64,000 bases of DNA from Eubacteriales bacterium (GCA_045661325.1 JAZRFK010000060.1:258-64257), one strand, 5' to 3'. Positions 17,837 through 27,820 are shown, counted from the first letter of the stretch. Translations and numbers: made by a program. Notes: generated from the letters alone by a model not told the origin.

Positions 17837-19433
17837 CTTGCGTATAGGATAACAAAAGATCCTCTACCTCCTCTTGATAATCGAAAATGGGAACGATGCC
17901 GTCATCGCTCACCTCCAACACCACGTCTCCCATGGTGTCGCTGAAATAGTCGTTAATTTCCTCGGCCACAACGGTCATTTCTGTGGCAAGGGCAGGAATG
18001 GGCTTGCTATGAAAAAGAGCGTCCAAAAGGCGAAGCGCGCCCTTGCTCAAGGGAGCGTTATCGGCGGCAGCGATGGGAAGTGCTTCCGACGTCTGCTCCT
18101 CCAATAGCTCCTCTTCAACCAAAAGCCGCGTGTTTTGCCAAGAGTCGTTCTCAATTTTTTCGGCCTCCTCGGCAGAAAAGGAGACGCTCGGCGGGTCATA
18201 CTGGCTTTCGTACTCGGGGCGCATCGGGGCTTCCTTCGGCGCCTCGGGCAAGACGCTATCGAAATACGCATCGATAATCGACTTGACAGCTGCTTCCAAA
18301 TCCTTAACCATCAACCGACTTTTGACGTGAAAATGCATACGCAGGCGATTTTCGGCATATTTGACGGCCGCCGTTATTTGCTCCGATAAGCCAATCGAGG
18401 CAAAGAGAGGCTGATACACAAGCTCGATGCGATACCGACGCGCGCCTGCAAAGACGGCGCCGCAAAAGGCCTCTCTCGTTTTGGTGGTTATCAGATTTTT
18501 TTCAAGAGAAGCGCGCGCATTGATGTGCGAAAAGACCAGCGAAACAGCCTTTTCGATATGGAAAAGATGGGGCGCAACGTCTGTGCGAAGCGCAAAGCGG
18601 CTTTTATACGGATTATGCCGCGACAGGTGAGAAATAAGGGGGGCGCTTTCCTCTGTTTTGGCCTCTGCCAAGGCGCCCAAATAAAACTCCCGAAGGACGT
18701 TTGCCGAAAGAATTTCGGAAAAGAAGGGCGCAAGCACGCAAGAGGGGAGGGGCACGCGATACAGAAGGCAATAATCGGCCAGCCAATCCGTCATATATTT
18801 ATCCATCTGAGGAAAGGTGGCGCGATACGCCGCCCATACCCTTGCCAGAACCAAGACGTTTTCCTTTGGACTGCTATCGCGCGGCGCGTTTAAAATCTCA
18901 TAAATGAGAAGCAGAATATAATTCTTATCTGCCTTGATATAATCGCCGCGATAGACGGAATCGCGAAAATACAGATAATACGCCCGTTGCTCCGACGAGA
19001 GCTGAGAATACTGGGGAGAATAGCTGAAAAAGGGAACGAAGGGCGCAGGCTCTGCTCTTCCCAAAAGCGAGAGAGATTCTGCGGCCGCCTCACCAAAGCC
19101 GTGATAAAAATGAAAGGGTGAGGTCGCCTCATAAATTCGCACCTTTCGCAAAAAGGGGTGAGCCTCGGGGGCGTATTCAGAGATAAGCCGCACTTCTGCC
19201 TGCTCCTTGGGCAAGCTTTGCCCTTGCTCGCCCTTTGGCGCGCCCAAAGCGTCTTCGCTCTGTTGCTCAACAGGAACGGCAACCGAATAGACACCGCTCG
19301 GCGCTAACTCGGACGAAGGGGGCTCAAAAGAGGGCGTTTCGGGCATAGCGGCAGAAGAAGGCGCCTTTTGGCCTTGGCGCGTCCTTTTGGGCAAAAGAGA
19401 GGCTATATCCCAAAAATCATCAATTTCTGCCAT
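17829..19433 (-). CDS. TerB-N / TerB-C domain protein (Shango SngA-like, from memory)
   Basis: The segment FVPFFSYSPQYSQLSSEQRAYYLYFRDSVYRGDYIKADKNYILLLIYEILN is the typical TerB_N signature. The N-terminus is disordered and Pro/Ser-rich. 534 aa. Confidence 0.7.
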   Translation of the reverse strand: MAEIDDFWDIASLLPKRTRQGQKAPSSAAMPETPSFEPPSSELAPSGVYSVAVPVEQQSEDALGAPKGEQGQSLPKEQAEVRLISEYAPEAHPFLRKVRIYEATSPFHFYHGFGEAAAESLSLLGRAEPAPFVPFFSYSPQYSQLSSEQRAYYLYFRDSVYRGDYIKADKNYILLLIYEILNAPRDSSPKENVLVLARVWAAYRATFPQMDKYMTDWLADYCLLYRVPLPSCVLAPFFSEILSANVLREFYLGALAEAKTEESAPLISHLSRHNPYKSRFALRTDVAPHLFHIEKAVSLVFSHINARASLEKNLITTKTREAFCGAVFAGARRYRIELVYQPLFASIGLSEQITAAVKYAENRLRMHFHVKSRLMVKDLEAAVKSIIDAYFDSVLPEAPKEAPMRPEYESQYDPPSVSFSAEEAEKIENDSWQNTRLLVEEELLEEQTSEALPIAAADNAPLSKGALRLLDALFHSKPIPALATEMTVVAEEINDYFSDTMGDVVLEVSDDGIVPIFDYQEEVEDLLLSYTQDE

Positions 19434-19577
19434 ACTGCCTCTCCTTCCCTTTTGTTCATCATATTATTTTAGCACAAAAATTCTTATCTGTCCATCTTTT
19501 TTACGAAATTATCTCTAATTTTTAAGAAAATTCTCTCAAACGAAACGAATGTTTGCGCTCTGCGCGCGCACCAAGTA

Positions 19578-19607
19578 TTGACAAAAAACCGCTTGGCGTG
19601 ATACAAT
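19578..19607 (+). promoter_or_regulatory. sigma-A type promoter for the rhamnosidase-like gene
   Basis: TTGACA (19578-19583), an 18-nt spacer ending in an extended -10 TG, then TACAAT (19602-19607). Confidence 0.5.
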
Positions 19608-19641
19608 AAGGGAGATAAAAGCTTGAGGATGGAACGAGGCT

Positions 19642-21654
19642 ATGTTAGAAAAAGCAAAGTGGATAACAGGAGAAATGACAGAGGATGCGCCCGGCGCCTG
19701 CCTCTTTTTTCGGCGTTCCTTTTCTCTTAATGCAGGCGTGAAGGAGGCATACCTCAACTGTGCCGCTTTGCCGATGGGAGAGTTTCGCATCAACGGCAAG
19801 CTGCCCGAAAATTTCTACACGGATTTTTCCGAAAGTGATCCCTCGTACGCCATTTGCTGCCGCTCCTATGAGGTGACGGCGCTTTTAAGGGCGGGCGAGA
19901 ATCTTCTTTCCGTGACTATCCCCAAAAAGAGCCGCTTTTGCGCCGAGCTGAAGATAACGCTCAAAAACGGCGAGGCCTTTTCGCTTCATAGTGACTCATC
20001 CTTCTGCGTTTCGGACGAAACGCCGTATTTATCCGTTTCCGCCAAGAGCGAAAGCTTTGACGGAAGCAAGCTGCGCGCCGATTTTTATGACCCCGCCTTC
20101 AATGACGCAGGCTGGGACAATGCCAAAATCACCGCAGGCCCCGGCGGACTTCTTCTTCCCTTGCGCGCTTTGCCCATTCGGCAGGAGCCGCTTTCCATTC
20201 CCGCCAACGAAATACGGACGGGCATTTACGATTTCACCTATCTTTTCGTTGGGCGGATTTCCCTTCGCATCAAGGGAAATCGGGGAGACAAAATCAAGCT
20301 TTACTATGCCAAGCGGGCGCAGAAAAACGGTCAGCCTCTTTTTGAAAAAGAAACGGACTCTTATATATTCGGAAAAGACGGAATCGAGACCTATTCTCCC
20401 ACCTTTTCCAAGCATTGCTTCCGCTTTGTAAAGGTGGCTTTGGTGGAAAACGGCGAGGAAAAAGAGGCCGAGGTTTTGGGGCTTTCGGCCATTGCCGTTC
20501 ATTCTGCCCTTGAAGCGATTGGCTATTTTTCCTGCTCCAATGACAACGTAACAGCCTGGCACGAGCATATCTGCCGCAGCCTGCGCTTTTCTTTTCAGGG
20601 CGCCCCCACCTTCTTGCCCGACAAGGAGGAGTTTGGGCGTTGCGCCGTTGGCTTTGCCACAGCAGGCGCTTCCCTCTATAACTTCAATATGAAGGCCCCT
20701 TACCGCAAATGGCTTTCGGACATTTTAGACGCCCAGCGCCCAGACGGACAGTTCCCTGCGCTTTTGCCTGCAACGGACAAATATGCGGGCTGCGGTAGCG
20801 CCGCAGACGGCGCCGCGCTTTTGCTTCTGCCCTATGAATACTATCTGTATACGGGCGACAGCTCCCTTCTCTCCCTGGCCTTTGGCGGTATGAAGGCCTA
20901 TATGCGCTTTCTCTCGCAATTAGAGGAGGAGGGGATTCTGCACTTCGGTGACAGAGACCTGCATTTACGCAAGGAGGCCCCCTTCTGCCCGCCCGAGCTG
21001 CCCGGCACCGCCCTTTACTACCGCTTTGCAGAGGTTATGGCGCGCAGTGCCGCGCTTCTGGGCGAAAATCCCAAGGAATACGAGAGCCTGGCAACCAAAA
21101 TTCGCGAGGCCTACCGTCTGCGCTTTATGGAAAACGGACACCTGCTTTTCCCCTCGCAAAACGCCATCGCCTGCACCCTTTCGATGCACTTGGCAAACGA
21201 GGACGAGGAGGCGGAGCTTGCGGAGGATTTGCTTGCCGCTATCAAGGAATCCGGGGGCTTTGAGGTTGGCATGATTGGCCTTGGCTTCCTGCTTTCTGCC
21301 TTGGGCGAGGCAGGAAAAATCCAAGAGGCCTACTCCCTGATTGAAGCGGAGCTTTCGGATAAGGCAGACAGAGACGCTTCACGCTCGCGGCTTTGGAGCT
21401 ATCCTGCATTTTGCGAAATCGACAGATTCCTGTTCCGCTACGTTGCGGGCATCCGCCCCACGCCCCACAGCCTGACGATAGCCCCCTTCTTACCCGAGGG
21501 AAGCGAGTACGTGCGCGCCTCCTACGGCGGCGCCTTTGTCGAAATTACCCAGAGCCGTATTCATATCCTGAGCGAAAAGCCCTTTTATCTGATTTACGGC
21601 GGCGAGGAGCATTATCTGCCTGCGGGCGAATACAACGTTTCTGCCAAAAAATAA
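19642..21654 (+). CDS. alpha-L-rhamnosidase-like glycoside hydrolase (GH78-type N-domain plus six-hairpin domain)
   Basis: The N-terminus AKWITGE...PGACLFFRRSFSL...AYLNCAALPMGEFRINGK matches the canonical rhamnosidase N-terminal pattern. 670 aa. Confidence 0.6.
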   Translation: MLEKAKWITGEMTEDAPGACLFFRRSFSLNAGVKEAYLNCAALPMGEFRINGKLPENFYTDFSESDPSYAICCRSYEVTALLRAGENLLSVTIPKKSRFCAELKITLKNGEAFSLHSDSSFCVSDETPYLSVSAKSESFDGSKLRADFYDPAFNDAGWDNAKITAGPGGLLLPLRALPIRQEPLSIPANEIRTGIYDFTYLFVGRISLRIKGNRGDKIKLYYAKRAQKNGQPLFEKETDSYIFGKDGIETYSPTFSKHCFRFVKVALVENGEEKEAEVLGLSAIAVHSALEAIGYFSCSNDNVTAWHEHICRSLRFSFQGAPTFLPDKEEFGRCAVGFATAGASLYNFNMKAPYRKWLSDILDAQRPDGQFPALLPATDKYAGCGSAADGAALLLLPYEYYLYTGDSSLLSLAFGGMKAYMRFLSQLEEEGILHFGDRDLHLRKEAPFCPPELPGTALYYRFAEVMARSAALLGENPKEYESLATKIREAYRLRFMENGHLLFPSQNAIACTLSMHLANEDEEAELAEDLLAAIKESGGFEVGMIGLGFLLSALGEAGKIQEAYSLIEAELSDKADRDASRSRLWSYPAFCEIDRFLFRYVAGIRPTPHSLTIAPFLPEGSEYVRASYGGAFVEITQSRIHILSEKPFYLIYGGEEHYLPAGEYNVSAKK

Positions 21655-21683
21655 AATTTTCTGTATTTTCGGCACATTTATGC

Positions 21684-21711
21684 TTGACATTTTTTCATAT
21701 TTTGCTATAAT
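21684..21711 (+). promoter_or_regulatory. sigma-A promoter of the marR-ABC operon
   Basis: TTGACA (21684-21689), 16-nt spacer, TATAAT (21706-21711). Confidence 0.7.
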
Positions 21712-21742
21712 AATTAACGTGTTAACTATTAACACGTTAATT
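21712..21742. promoter_or_regulatory. perfect inverted repeat, probable MarR operator
   Basis: AATTAACGTGTTAA cta TTAACACGTTAATT. The arms are 14 bp with a 3-bp spacer. It starts immediately after the -10 hexamer and lies 24 nt upstream of the marR ATG. Confidence 0.7.
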
Positions 21743-21765
21743 GTTTTTTTAGGGAGCTTTCGTTT

Positions 21766-22209
21766 ATGGAATTACGCGAATACAACCGCCTGTTTCATCA
21801 AATAGGCAGAATGCATCATACGCTATGTGAGAACACCGTTGCGCGCCTTGGCATACACCGCTCGCAGCATATGCTTTTAATGCGTCTTTACTGCAAGGAC
21901 GGGCAAACGCAGAAGGATTTGGCGAGTGCGATGCAGGTCAGCCCTGCGGCCGTTGCCGTTTCCTTGAAGAAGCTTGAGGCGGAGGACTATATCCGCAAGG
22001 ATTCGCGCTCGGACGGACGGGTAAACCATATACACATTACCGAAAAGGGCAAGCAGATTGTTGCAAAAACGCGCCGCTTTTTCGACGCTATTGACGCAGA
22101 TATGTTCGCCTGTGTAACAGAAACGGAGCTTGAAGCCCTTTATCTGATTTTGCAAAAAATCGAAAAAAATCTCAAAAACGCCATTGAGGAGGAAAAAAGC
22201 ACCCTATGA
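21766..22209 (+). CDS. MarR family transcriptional regulator
   Basis: 147 aa with a winged-helix core (QKDLASAMQVSPAAVAVSLKKLEAEDYIRKDSRSDGRVNHIHITEKG). Its stop overlaps the ABC gene start (ATGA 22206-22209). Confidence 0.85.
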   Translation: MELREYNRLFHQIGRMHHTLCENTVARLGIHRSQHMLLMRLYCKDGQTQKDLASAMQVSPAAVAVSLKKLEAEDYIRKDSRSDGRVNHIHITEKGKQIVAKTRRFFDAIDADMFACVTETELEALYLILQKIEKNLKNAIEEEKSTL

Positions 22210-23945
22210 AACGCTGGATGAAATACATACGCCCCTATCTTCCCTATTTTATCCTCGGCCCTATTTGTATGATAGTGGAGGTTCTGGGCGAGATTGTGAT
22301 GCCCAAGCTTTTGTCGGTCATCATCAACAAGGGCAGCGCTACCCCATCGACGCTTACCCCTGCTACTGCCCTTCTGATTATGGGTATCATGATAGTCACG
22401 GCCATTTTGATGATGGGCGGCGGCGTTGGCGGCGCCTATTTCGGCGCGAAGGCATCGGTCAATTTCGCGGCCGATTTGCGCCAGGATTTATACACCAAGG
22501 TGCAATCCTTCTCCTTTACGGATATTGATAAGATTTCAACGGGCTCTCTGGTGACGCGGCTTACCAACGACGTTACCCAGCTGCAAAACTTCGTCAATAT
22601 GCTTCTGCGCCTTGCTCTGCGCGCACCCGGCATTATGATTTGCGCCTTGATAATGGCCATTTTGACTCGCCCCTCCCTTGCGGTTGTTCTGGCGGTGACG
22701 ATTCCCGCTATGCTTCTTTCCATCTTCTTTATTATCCGCACAGGCTTTTCCCGCTTTGCCCTTGTGCAAAAGAAAATTGACGGACTGAACAACACCGTGC
22801 AGGAGAACATCACCAACGTGCGCGTTGTTAAGTCCTTCGTTCGCGAGGATTTTGAAACCGAGAAATTTGACCGCGCCAACAGTGATTTGAAGGATTCGGG
22901 TATGCGCGCCTTGAAGGTGATGATTTTTATGCAGCCCGTGAACACCTTTTTTATGTACGCAACGACCATCGCGGTGCTTTGGTTTGGCGGCAAAAACGTT
23001 GTTTTCGGGGGTATGCCGATTGGCGATTTAACCTTCTTCGTCAACTGCGTGACGCAGATTCTCTCCTCCTTAATGATGATAACGATGCTTTTGATGACCT
23101 CCTCGCGCGCTTTGGCCTCTGCCAAACGCATTTGCGAGGTGCTTGACACCGAGTCTACCCTTTCCGACAAGGACGCACCGCGAAAAGACGCTACGGTGGA
23201 AAAGGGCGAGATTGAATTTCGCGGCGTTTGCTTCCGCTATTACAAGGAGAATCCCGAGCTTGTGCTTGACAATGTCAGCTTAAAGATCCCCGCAGGCGCA
23301 ACGGTGGGCATTATCGGCTCAACGGGCTGCGGAAAGACCTCGTTAATTTCCTTGATCCCCCGTCTTTACGACGTGGATGCGGGCGAGGTTTTGGTTGACG
23401 GAGTGAACGTTAAGGACTATTCGCTTGAAAATCTGCGCGATGGCATTGGCGTTGTTTTGCAAAAGAACACGCTTTTCTCCGGCTCTATTGCGGAAAATCT
23501 GCGCTGGGGAGATGAGGACGCCACAGACGAGGAGCTCGCGCTTGCCGCCGAGCAGGCGCAGGCCGACAAGTTTGTTCGCAACTTCCCCGATGGATACGAT
23601 ACCCTGCTTGATCAGGGCGGCACCAACGTTTCGGGCGGCCAGAAGCAGCGCCTTTGCATTGCGAGAACGCTTTTGAAAAAGCCGAAGATTATCATTCTGG
23701 ACGATTCAACCTCGGCCGTTGACACAGCAACGGAGGCACAGATCCGCCGCGTGTTCCGCGAGGAGCTTAAGGGCTCAACCAAGCTGATTATCGCCCAGCG
23801 CATCGGCTCGGTGAAGGATGCAGACGTCATTATCGTCATGAACGGCGGCAAAATAACGGGCGTTGGCGACCACGAGACCCTTTTGGCCTCCAACGAGGAA
23901 TATCGAGAGATTTACGAATCCCAGACCGACAAAAAGAACGGGTAA
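22206..23945 (+). CDS. ABC exporter, fused permease/ATPase subunit (heterodimeric multidrug-type)
   Basis: Six-TM domain, then Walker A GSTGCGKTS, signature VSGGQKQRL and Walker B IIILDDSTSAVD. Confidence 0.9.
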   Translation: MKRWMKYIRPYLPYFILGPICMIVEVLGEIVMPKLLSVIINKGSATPSTLTPATALLIMGIMIVTAILMMGGGVGGAYFGAKASVNFAADLRQDLYTKVQSFSFTDIDKISTGSLVTRLTNDVTQLQNFVNMLLRLALRAPGIMICALIMAILTRPSLAVVLAVTIPAMLLSIFFIIRTGFSRFALVQKKIDGLNNTVQENITNVRVVKSFVREDFETEKFDRANSDLKDSGMRALKVMIFMQPVNTFFMYATTIAVLWFGGKNVVFGGMPIGDLTFFVNCVTQILSSLMMITMLLMTSSRALASAKRICEVLDTESTLSDKDAPRKDATVEKGEIEFRGVCFRYYKENPELVLDNVSLKIPAGATVGIIGSTGCGKTSLISLIPRLYDVDAGEVLVDGVNVKDYSLENLRDGIGVVLQKNTLFSGSIAENLRWGDEDATDEELALAAEQAQADKFVRNFPDGYDTLLDQGGTNVSGGQKQRLCIARTLLKKPKIIILDDSTSAVDTATEAQIRRVFREELKGSTKLIIAQRIGSVKDADVIIVMNGGKITGVGDHETLLASNEEYREIYESQTDKKNG

Positions 23946-23977
23946 GGCCGCTTGACAGGATAGAAAGGATAGAAAAT

Positions 23978-25933
23978 ATGATTCGCTCCTTAGAAAAGCT
24001 ACAAAAGCAATATAGCCGCGCGGTCAAGGACCAACGGCGCGGCCCGGGTCCTCGCGGCCCGCACGGACCTCGCGCGCACGGAAAGCCCAAAAACACCAAA
24101 ATCACCATTCGGCGCCTTTGGGCCTACGTTGCCAAATACAAGCTTCGCTTGTTCTTCGTTTTAATTTGTATGCTGGCATCTACCGTTGCTTCCCTTTTGG
24201 GCTCTTATATGTTAGCCCCCATTGTCAACAAGCTGACCTCGGTGGTGGCACCGAATCTGGTGCAAACACCCAGCCCTATTGAACGGCTGGCAGAGGGCGC
24301 CATATCACGCTTCACAGGCGTTGTCACGGGAATTTTGGGCGACAATGCACCGGCGGAGGTTTTCTCCTTTATTCTGGCGGCGCTTATTATTCTCGGCTGT
24401 ATATACCTTGTCGGCATCATTTGCACCTATTTGCAAAGCCGCTTGATGCTTTCGGTTTCCCTTGGCGCTGTCAAGCAGATTAGAAACGATCTTTTCGGCA
24501 AGCTGCAAAAGCTTCCCGTTCGCTATTTTGACTCCAACCCCACGGGCGAGCTGATGAGCCGCTTTACCAACGATATTGACAACATTGAGGTTATGCTGAA
24601 CAACTCCTTAACCTCCTTGATTTCGGGCACCGTTACCCTTGTCGGCACCTTTGTCTTTATGGTAACAACCAACTGGATTTTAACCTTGATCACCATCGTT
24701 TTTATTCCCATCTTCGCCAAGGGGGGCGCCCTCATTGGCAAGCGCTCCTCCTCTCACTACGGCAAGCAGCAGGCAGCACTTGGCGCTGTGAACGGCTATA
24801 TGGAAGAGACTATCACAGGGCAGAAGATTATCAAGGTTTTCAACCACGAAGCCATCTGCGTTGAGGAATTCAAGCTTCTCAACAACGATATGCGCGAAAA
24901 GCAAATCAACGCGCAATTCTGGGGCGGCGTTATGGGCCCTATTATGGGCAACGTTTCCCAGATTTCCTACGCCGCAACGGTGGGTATCGGCGGCGTGATG
25001 GTTTGCACCACGGGCTTCAGCATTGGCGCTTTGACCGTTTTTGCAGGCTACTCCCGACAGTTTTCGATGCCCATCAATATGATTTCGGCGCAAATGGCCA
25101 CGGTTTTTGCCGCCTTGGCAGGCGCGGAGCGCGTATTCACCGTGATGGACGAGGCACCTGAGGCGCCCGACAAGGAGAACGCCGCTTCCGCTATTGGCAT
25201 TAAGGGAGAGGTGATTTTTGAGGATGTGACCTTTGGCTATCGCCCCGACAAAATCGTTTTGCAGGACCTGAATTTGTACGCCCACGCAGGTCAGAAAATT
25301 GCCTTTGTTGGCTCAACGGGCGCGGGAAAAACCACCATCACCAACTTGCTGACGCGCTTTTACGATATTGAAAAGGGCAAGATTACCATTGACGGCAAGG
25401 ATGTAAAGGACTATCGACGCGAGGAGCTGCGAAGCCAGATTGCGATGGTTTTACAGGACACGCACCTCTTCTCCGACACAGTAATGGAAAACATCCGCTA
25501 CGGGCGCCCCGATGCCACCGATGAAGAGGTTATCGCCGCCGCCAAGACAGCCTCTGCCCACAGCTTCATTATGCGTCTGCCGAGCGGCTATCAAACGCGC
25601 ATAGAGGGAGACGGAACGAATCTTTCCCAAGGACAGAGACAGCTATTGAACATTGCCCGTGCCGCCGTTTCCAAGGCGCCTATCCTTGTGCTTGACGAGG
25701 CAACAAGCTCGGTTGACACGCGCACCGAGCGCCATATTGAGCGCGGTATGGATTCCTTGATGGAAAACCGCACCACCTTCGTGATTGCTCACCGCCTCTC
25801 CACTGTTCGCAACGCCAACGCCATTATGGTTTTGGAGGCAGGAAAAATTATCGAAAGAGGCACCCACGAGCAGCTTCTTGCCTTAAAGGGCCGTTATTAC
25901 GAGCTTTATACGGGAAAGAAGGAATTGGATTAA
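23978..25933 (+). CDS. ABC exporter, fused permease/ATPase subunit (partner of 22206..23945)
   Basis: Walker A GSTGAGKTT, signature LSQGQRQLL and Walker B ILVLDEATSSVD. Basic Gly/Pro-rich N-terminus. Confidence 0.9.
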   Translation: MIRSLEKLQKQYSRAVKDQRRGPGPRGPHGPRAHGKPKNTKITIRRLWAYVAKYKLRLFFVLICMLASTVASLLGSYMLAPIVNKLTSVVAPNLVQTPSPIERLAEGAISRFTGVVTGILGDNAPAEVFSFILAALIILGCIYLVGIICTYLQSRLMLSVSLGAVKQIRNDLFGKLQKLPVRYFDSNPTGELMSRFTNDIDNIEVMLNNSLTSLISGTVTLVGTFVFMVTTNWILTLITIVFIPIFAKGGALIGKRSSSHYGKQQAALGAVNGYMEETITGQKIIKVFNHEAICVEEFKLLNNDMREKQINAQFWGGVMGPIMGNVSQISYAATVGIGGVMVCTTGFSIGALTVFAGYSRQFSMPINMISAQMATVFAALAGAERVFTVMDEAPEAPDKENAASAIGIKGEVIFEDVTFGYRPDKIVLQDLNLYAHAGQKIAFVGSTGAGKTTITNLLTRFYDIEKGKITIDGKDVKDYRREELRSQIAMVLQDTHLFSDTVMENIRYGRPDATDEEVIAAAKTASAHSFIMRLPSGYQTRIEGDGTNLSQGQRQLLNIARAAVSKAPILVLDEATSSVDTRTERHIERGMDSLMENRTTFVIAHRLSTVRNANAIMVLEAGKIIERGTHEQLLALKGRYYELYTGKKELD

Positions 25934-25989
25934 GAATGCCGTGTCCAAAGGACACAGGCAATAAAATGCAACACTTCGCTCTTGCACAA

Positions 25990-26022
25990 AAAAAGAACGC
26001 ACCTCGGTGCGTTCTTTTTTTA
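25990..26022. terminator. bidirectional terminator between the ABC operon and the DUF1294 gene
   Basis: Stem AGAACGCAC / GTGCGTTCT (25994-26002 / 26007-26015), A-run before and T-run after. Confidence 0.8.
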
Positions 26023-26035
26023 TAGGGTGGCTTTT

Positions 26036-26311
26036 TTACAGGGCGGCGAAGATAGGAATGGAAAGCTGCCATACGATCCCAAGGATATTGACTGCCCAGA
26101 AATACCAATGCCGCGTTTTGTGATGAAACAAATTCATTCCGATAAGGGCGCCAACGGCACCGCCAAGGAAGCCGAACAGCAAAAGGACGGACTCCTTAAT
26201 GCGCCAAAGGTTCCTTTTGGCCTTGAATTTATCCACGCCGTACAAAATGAAGGTGATGAAGCTGACAAAGCCAATCACTATCAAATAGCCGATATAAAAT
26301 TCTTGACTCAT
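26036..26311 (-). CDS. DUF1294 domain membrane protein
   Basis: 91 aa. YGVDKFKAKRNLWRIKESVLLLFGFLGGAVGALIGMNLFHHKTRH is the family signature as I remember it. Confidence 0.8.
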   Translation of the reverse strand: MSQEFYIGYLIVIGFVSFITFILYGVDKFKAKRNLWRIKESVLLLFGFLGGAVGALIGMNLFHHKTRHWYFWAVNILGIVWQLSIPIFAAL

Positions 26312-26332
26312 ATTTTTTCCTGCCTTTAAGGG

Positions 26333-27820
26333 TTAATCCCGATGGAAAAGCTTTTTGGTTTGGTACTGGGGCTCCGAGGTAAGATTGATGCCCAGCTTTT
26401 TCAAAATATTTTCGTCCACAGGGGCCAAAATGACGGAGGAATGCGCTTCGCAACCGCGCAATTTGTCAAGCTGATCCAAGGCAAGCTTGGCATTGGGGTT
26501 GGTAACGGCAGAAACAGAAAGCGCCACCAGAATTTCATCGGTATGCAAACGGGGGTTGTGGTTACCCAAATGCTTTACCTTCAATTCCTGAACGGGCTCA
26601 ATGATTTCAGGGAAAATCAAATGGATTTCATCGGGAATGCCTGCCAAAAGCTTCAAGGCGTTCAGAAGCATTGCCGAGGTTGCGCCCAACAAGGAGGAGG
26701 TTTTTCCTGTGACAATGGTGCCGTCAGCCAATTCCAAGGCGGCGGCAGGAGATCCTTCCCTTTCGGCCTTCTGACAGGCCGCGCTGATAACGGGGCGCTC
26801 CTCCGTTTCGATGCCGAGAAGGTTCATCAAAAGCTTAATTTTTTCAACATCCGTTCCCTCGGAGAGACCTTTTCTCTGGTTACAGAGGGCAGAATAATAG
26901 CGACGGATGATTTCGATACGGGAGGCCTTACGGCAGGCCTCGTCATCAATAATGCAGTTGCCTGCCATATTGACACCCATATCCGTGGGAGATTTATAGG
27001 GGCATTCTCCGCTGATTTTTGCCATCATGGCAGAAAGAACGGGGAAAATTTCCACATCACGATTGTAGTTAACCGTTGTCACGCCGTAGGCATCCAAATG
27101 CCAGGGGTCTATCATATTGACATCGTTCAGGTCTGCCGTTGCGGCCTCGTAGGCCACGTTTACAGGGTGGCGAAGGGGGAGATTCCAAATGGGGAAGGTT
27201 TCAAACTTGGCGTAACCCGATTTCACACCGCGCTTTTGGTCGTGATACAGCTGAGAAAGGCAGGTTGCCATTTTTCCGCTTCCGGGGCCGGGCGCGGTAA
27301 CGACAACCAAGGAACGAGAGGTTTCGATAAAATCGTTTTTGCCGTAGCCCTCATCGCTGACAATGGTGGCCACGTCCGAGGGATAGCCTGCGATTGGGTA
27401 ATGACGGTACACCTTGACACCCAAGGACTCCAAGCGGCGCTGGAAGACATCGGCAGACTGCTGATCCTTATACTGCGTCAAAACCACGCTTCCCACATAG
27501 AAGCCAAAGCCACGGAAGGCGTCAATCAGGCGGAAAACGTCCTGGTCGTAGGTAATGCCAAGGTCACCTCTGACCTTGTTTTTCTCAATGTCTGCCGCGT
27601 TGATAACGATAACGATTTCCGCCTCGTCCTTCAGCTGCACGAGCATTTTGATTTTGCTATCGGGCGCAAATCCGGGAAGCACTCTTGACGCGTGAAAATC
27701 GTCAAACAGCTTGCCGCCGAATTCCAAGTAAAGCTTACCGCCAAACTTGTCAATTCTCTCTCTGATTTGCTCAGACTGCATTCTTATGTATTTTTCATTG
27801 TCAAAGCCTATTTTGCCCAT
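26333..27820 (-). CDS. DUF1846 (UPF0371) family protein
   Basis: ORF 26333..27859 trimmed to ATG 27820 (MGKIGFDNEKYIRMQSEQI...) with GAGGGAAAAACA upstream. The N-terminus is typical of UPF0371. Confidence 0.8.
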   Translation of the reverse strand: MGKIGFDNEKYIRMQSEQIRERIDKFGGKLYLEFGGKLFDDFHASRVLPGFAPDSKIKMLVQLKDEAEIVIVINAADIEKNKVRGDLGITYDQDVFRLIDAFRGFGFYVGSVVLTQYKDQQSADVFQRRLESLGVKVYRHYPIAGYPSDVATIVSDEGYGKNDFIETSRSLVVVTAPGPGSGKMATCLSQLYHDQKRGVKSGYAKFETFPIWNLPLRHPVNVAYEAATADLNDVNMIDPWHLDAYGVTTVNYNRDVEIFPVLSAMMAKISGECPYKSPTDMGVNMAGNCIIDDEACRKASRIEIIRRYYSALCNQRKGLSEGTDVEKIKLLMNLLGIETEERPVISAACQKAEREGSPAAALELADGTIVTGKTSSLLGATSAMLLNALKLLAGIPDEIHLIFPEIIEPVQELKVKHLGNHNPRLHTDEILVALSVSAVTNPNAKLALDQLDKLRGCEAHSSVILAPVDENILKKLGINLTSEPQYQTKKLFHRD

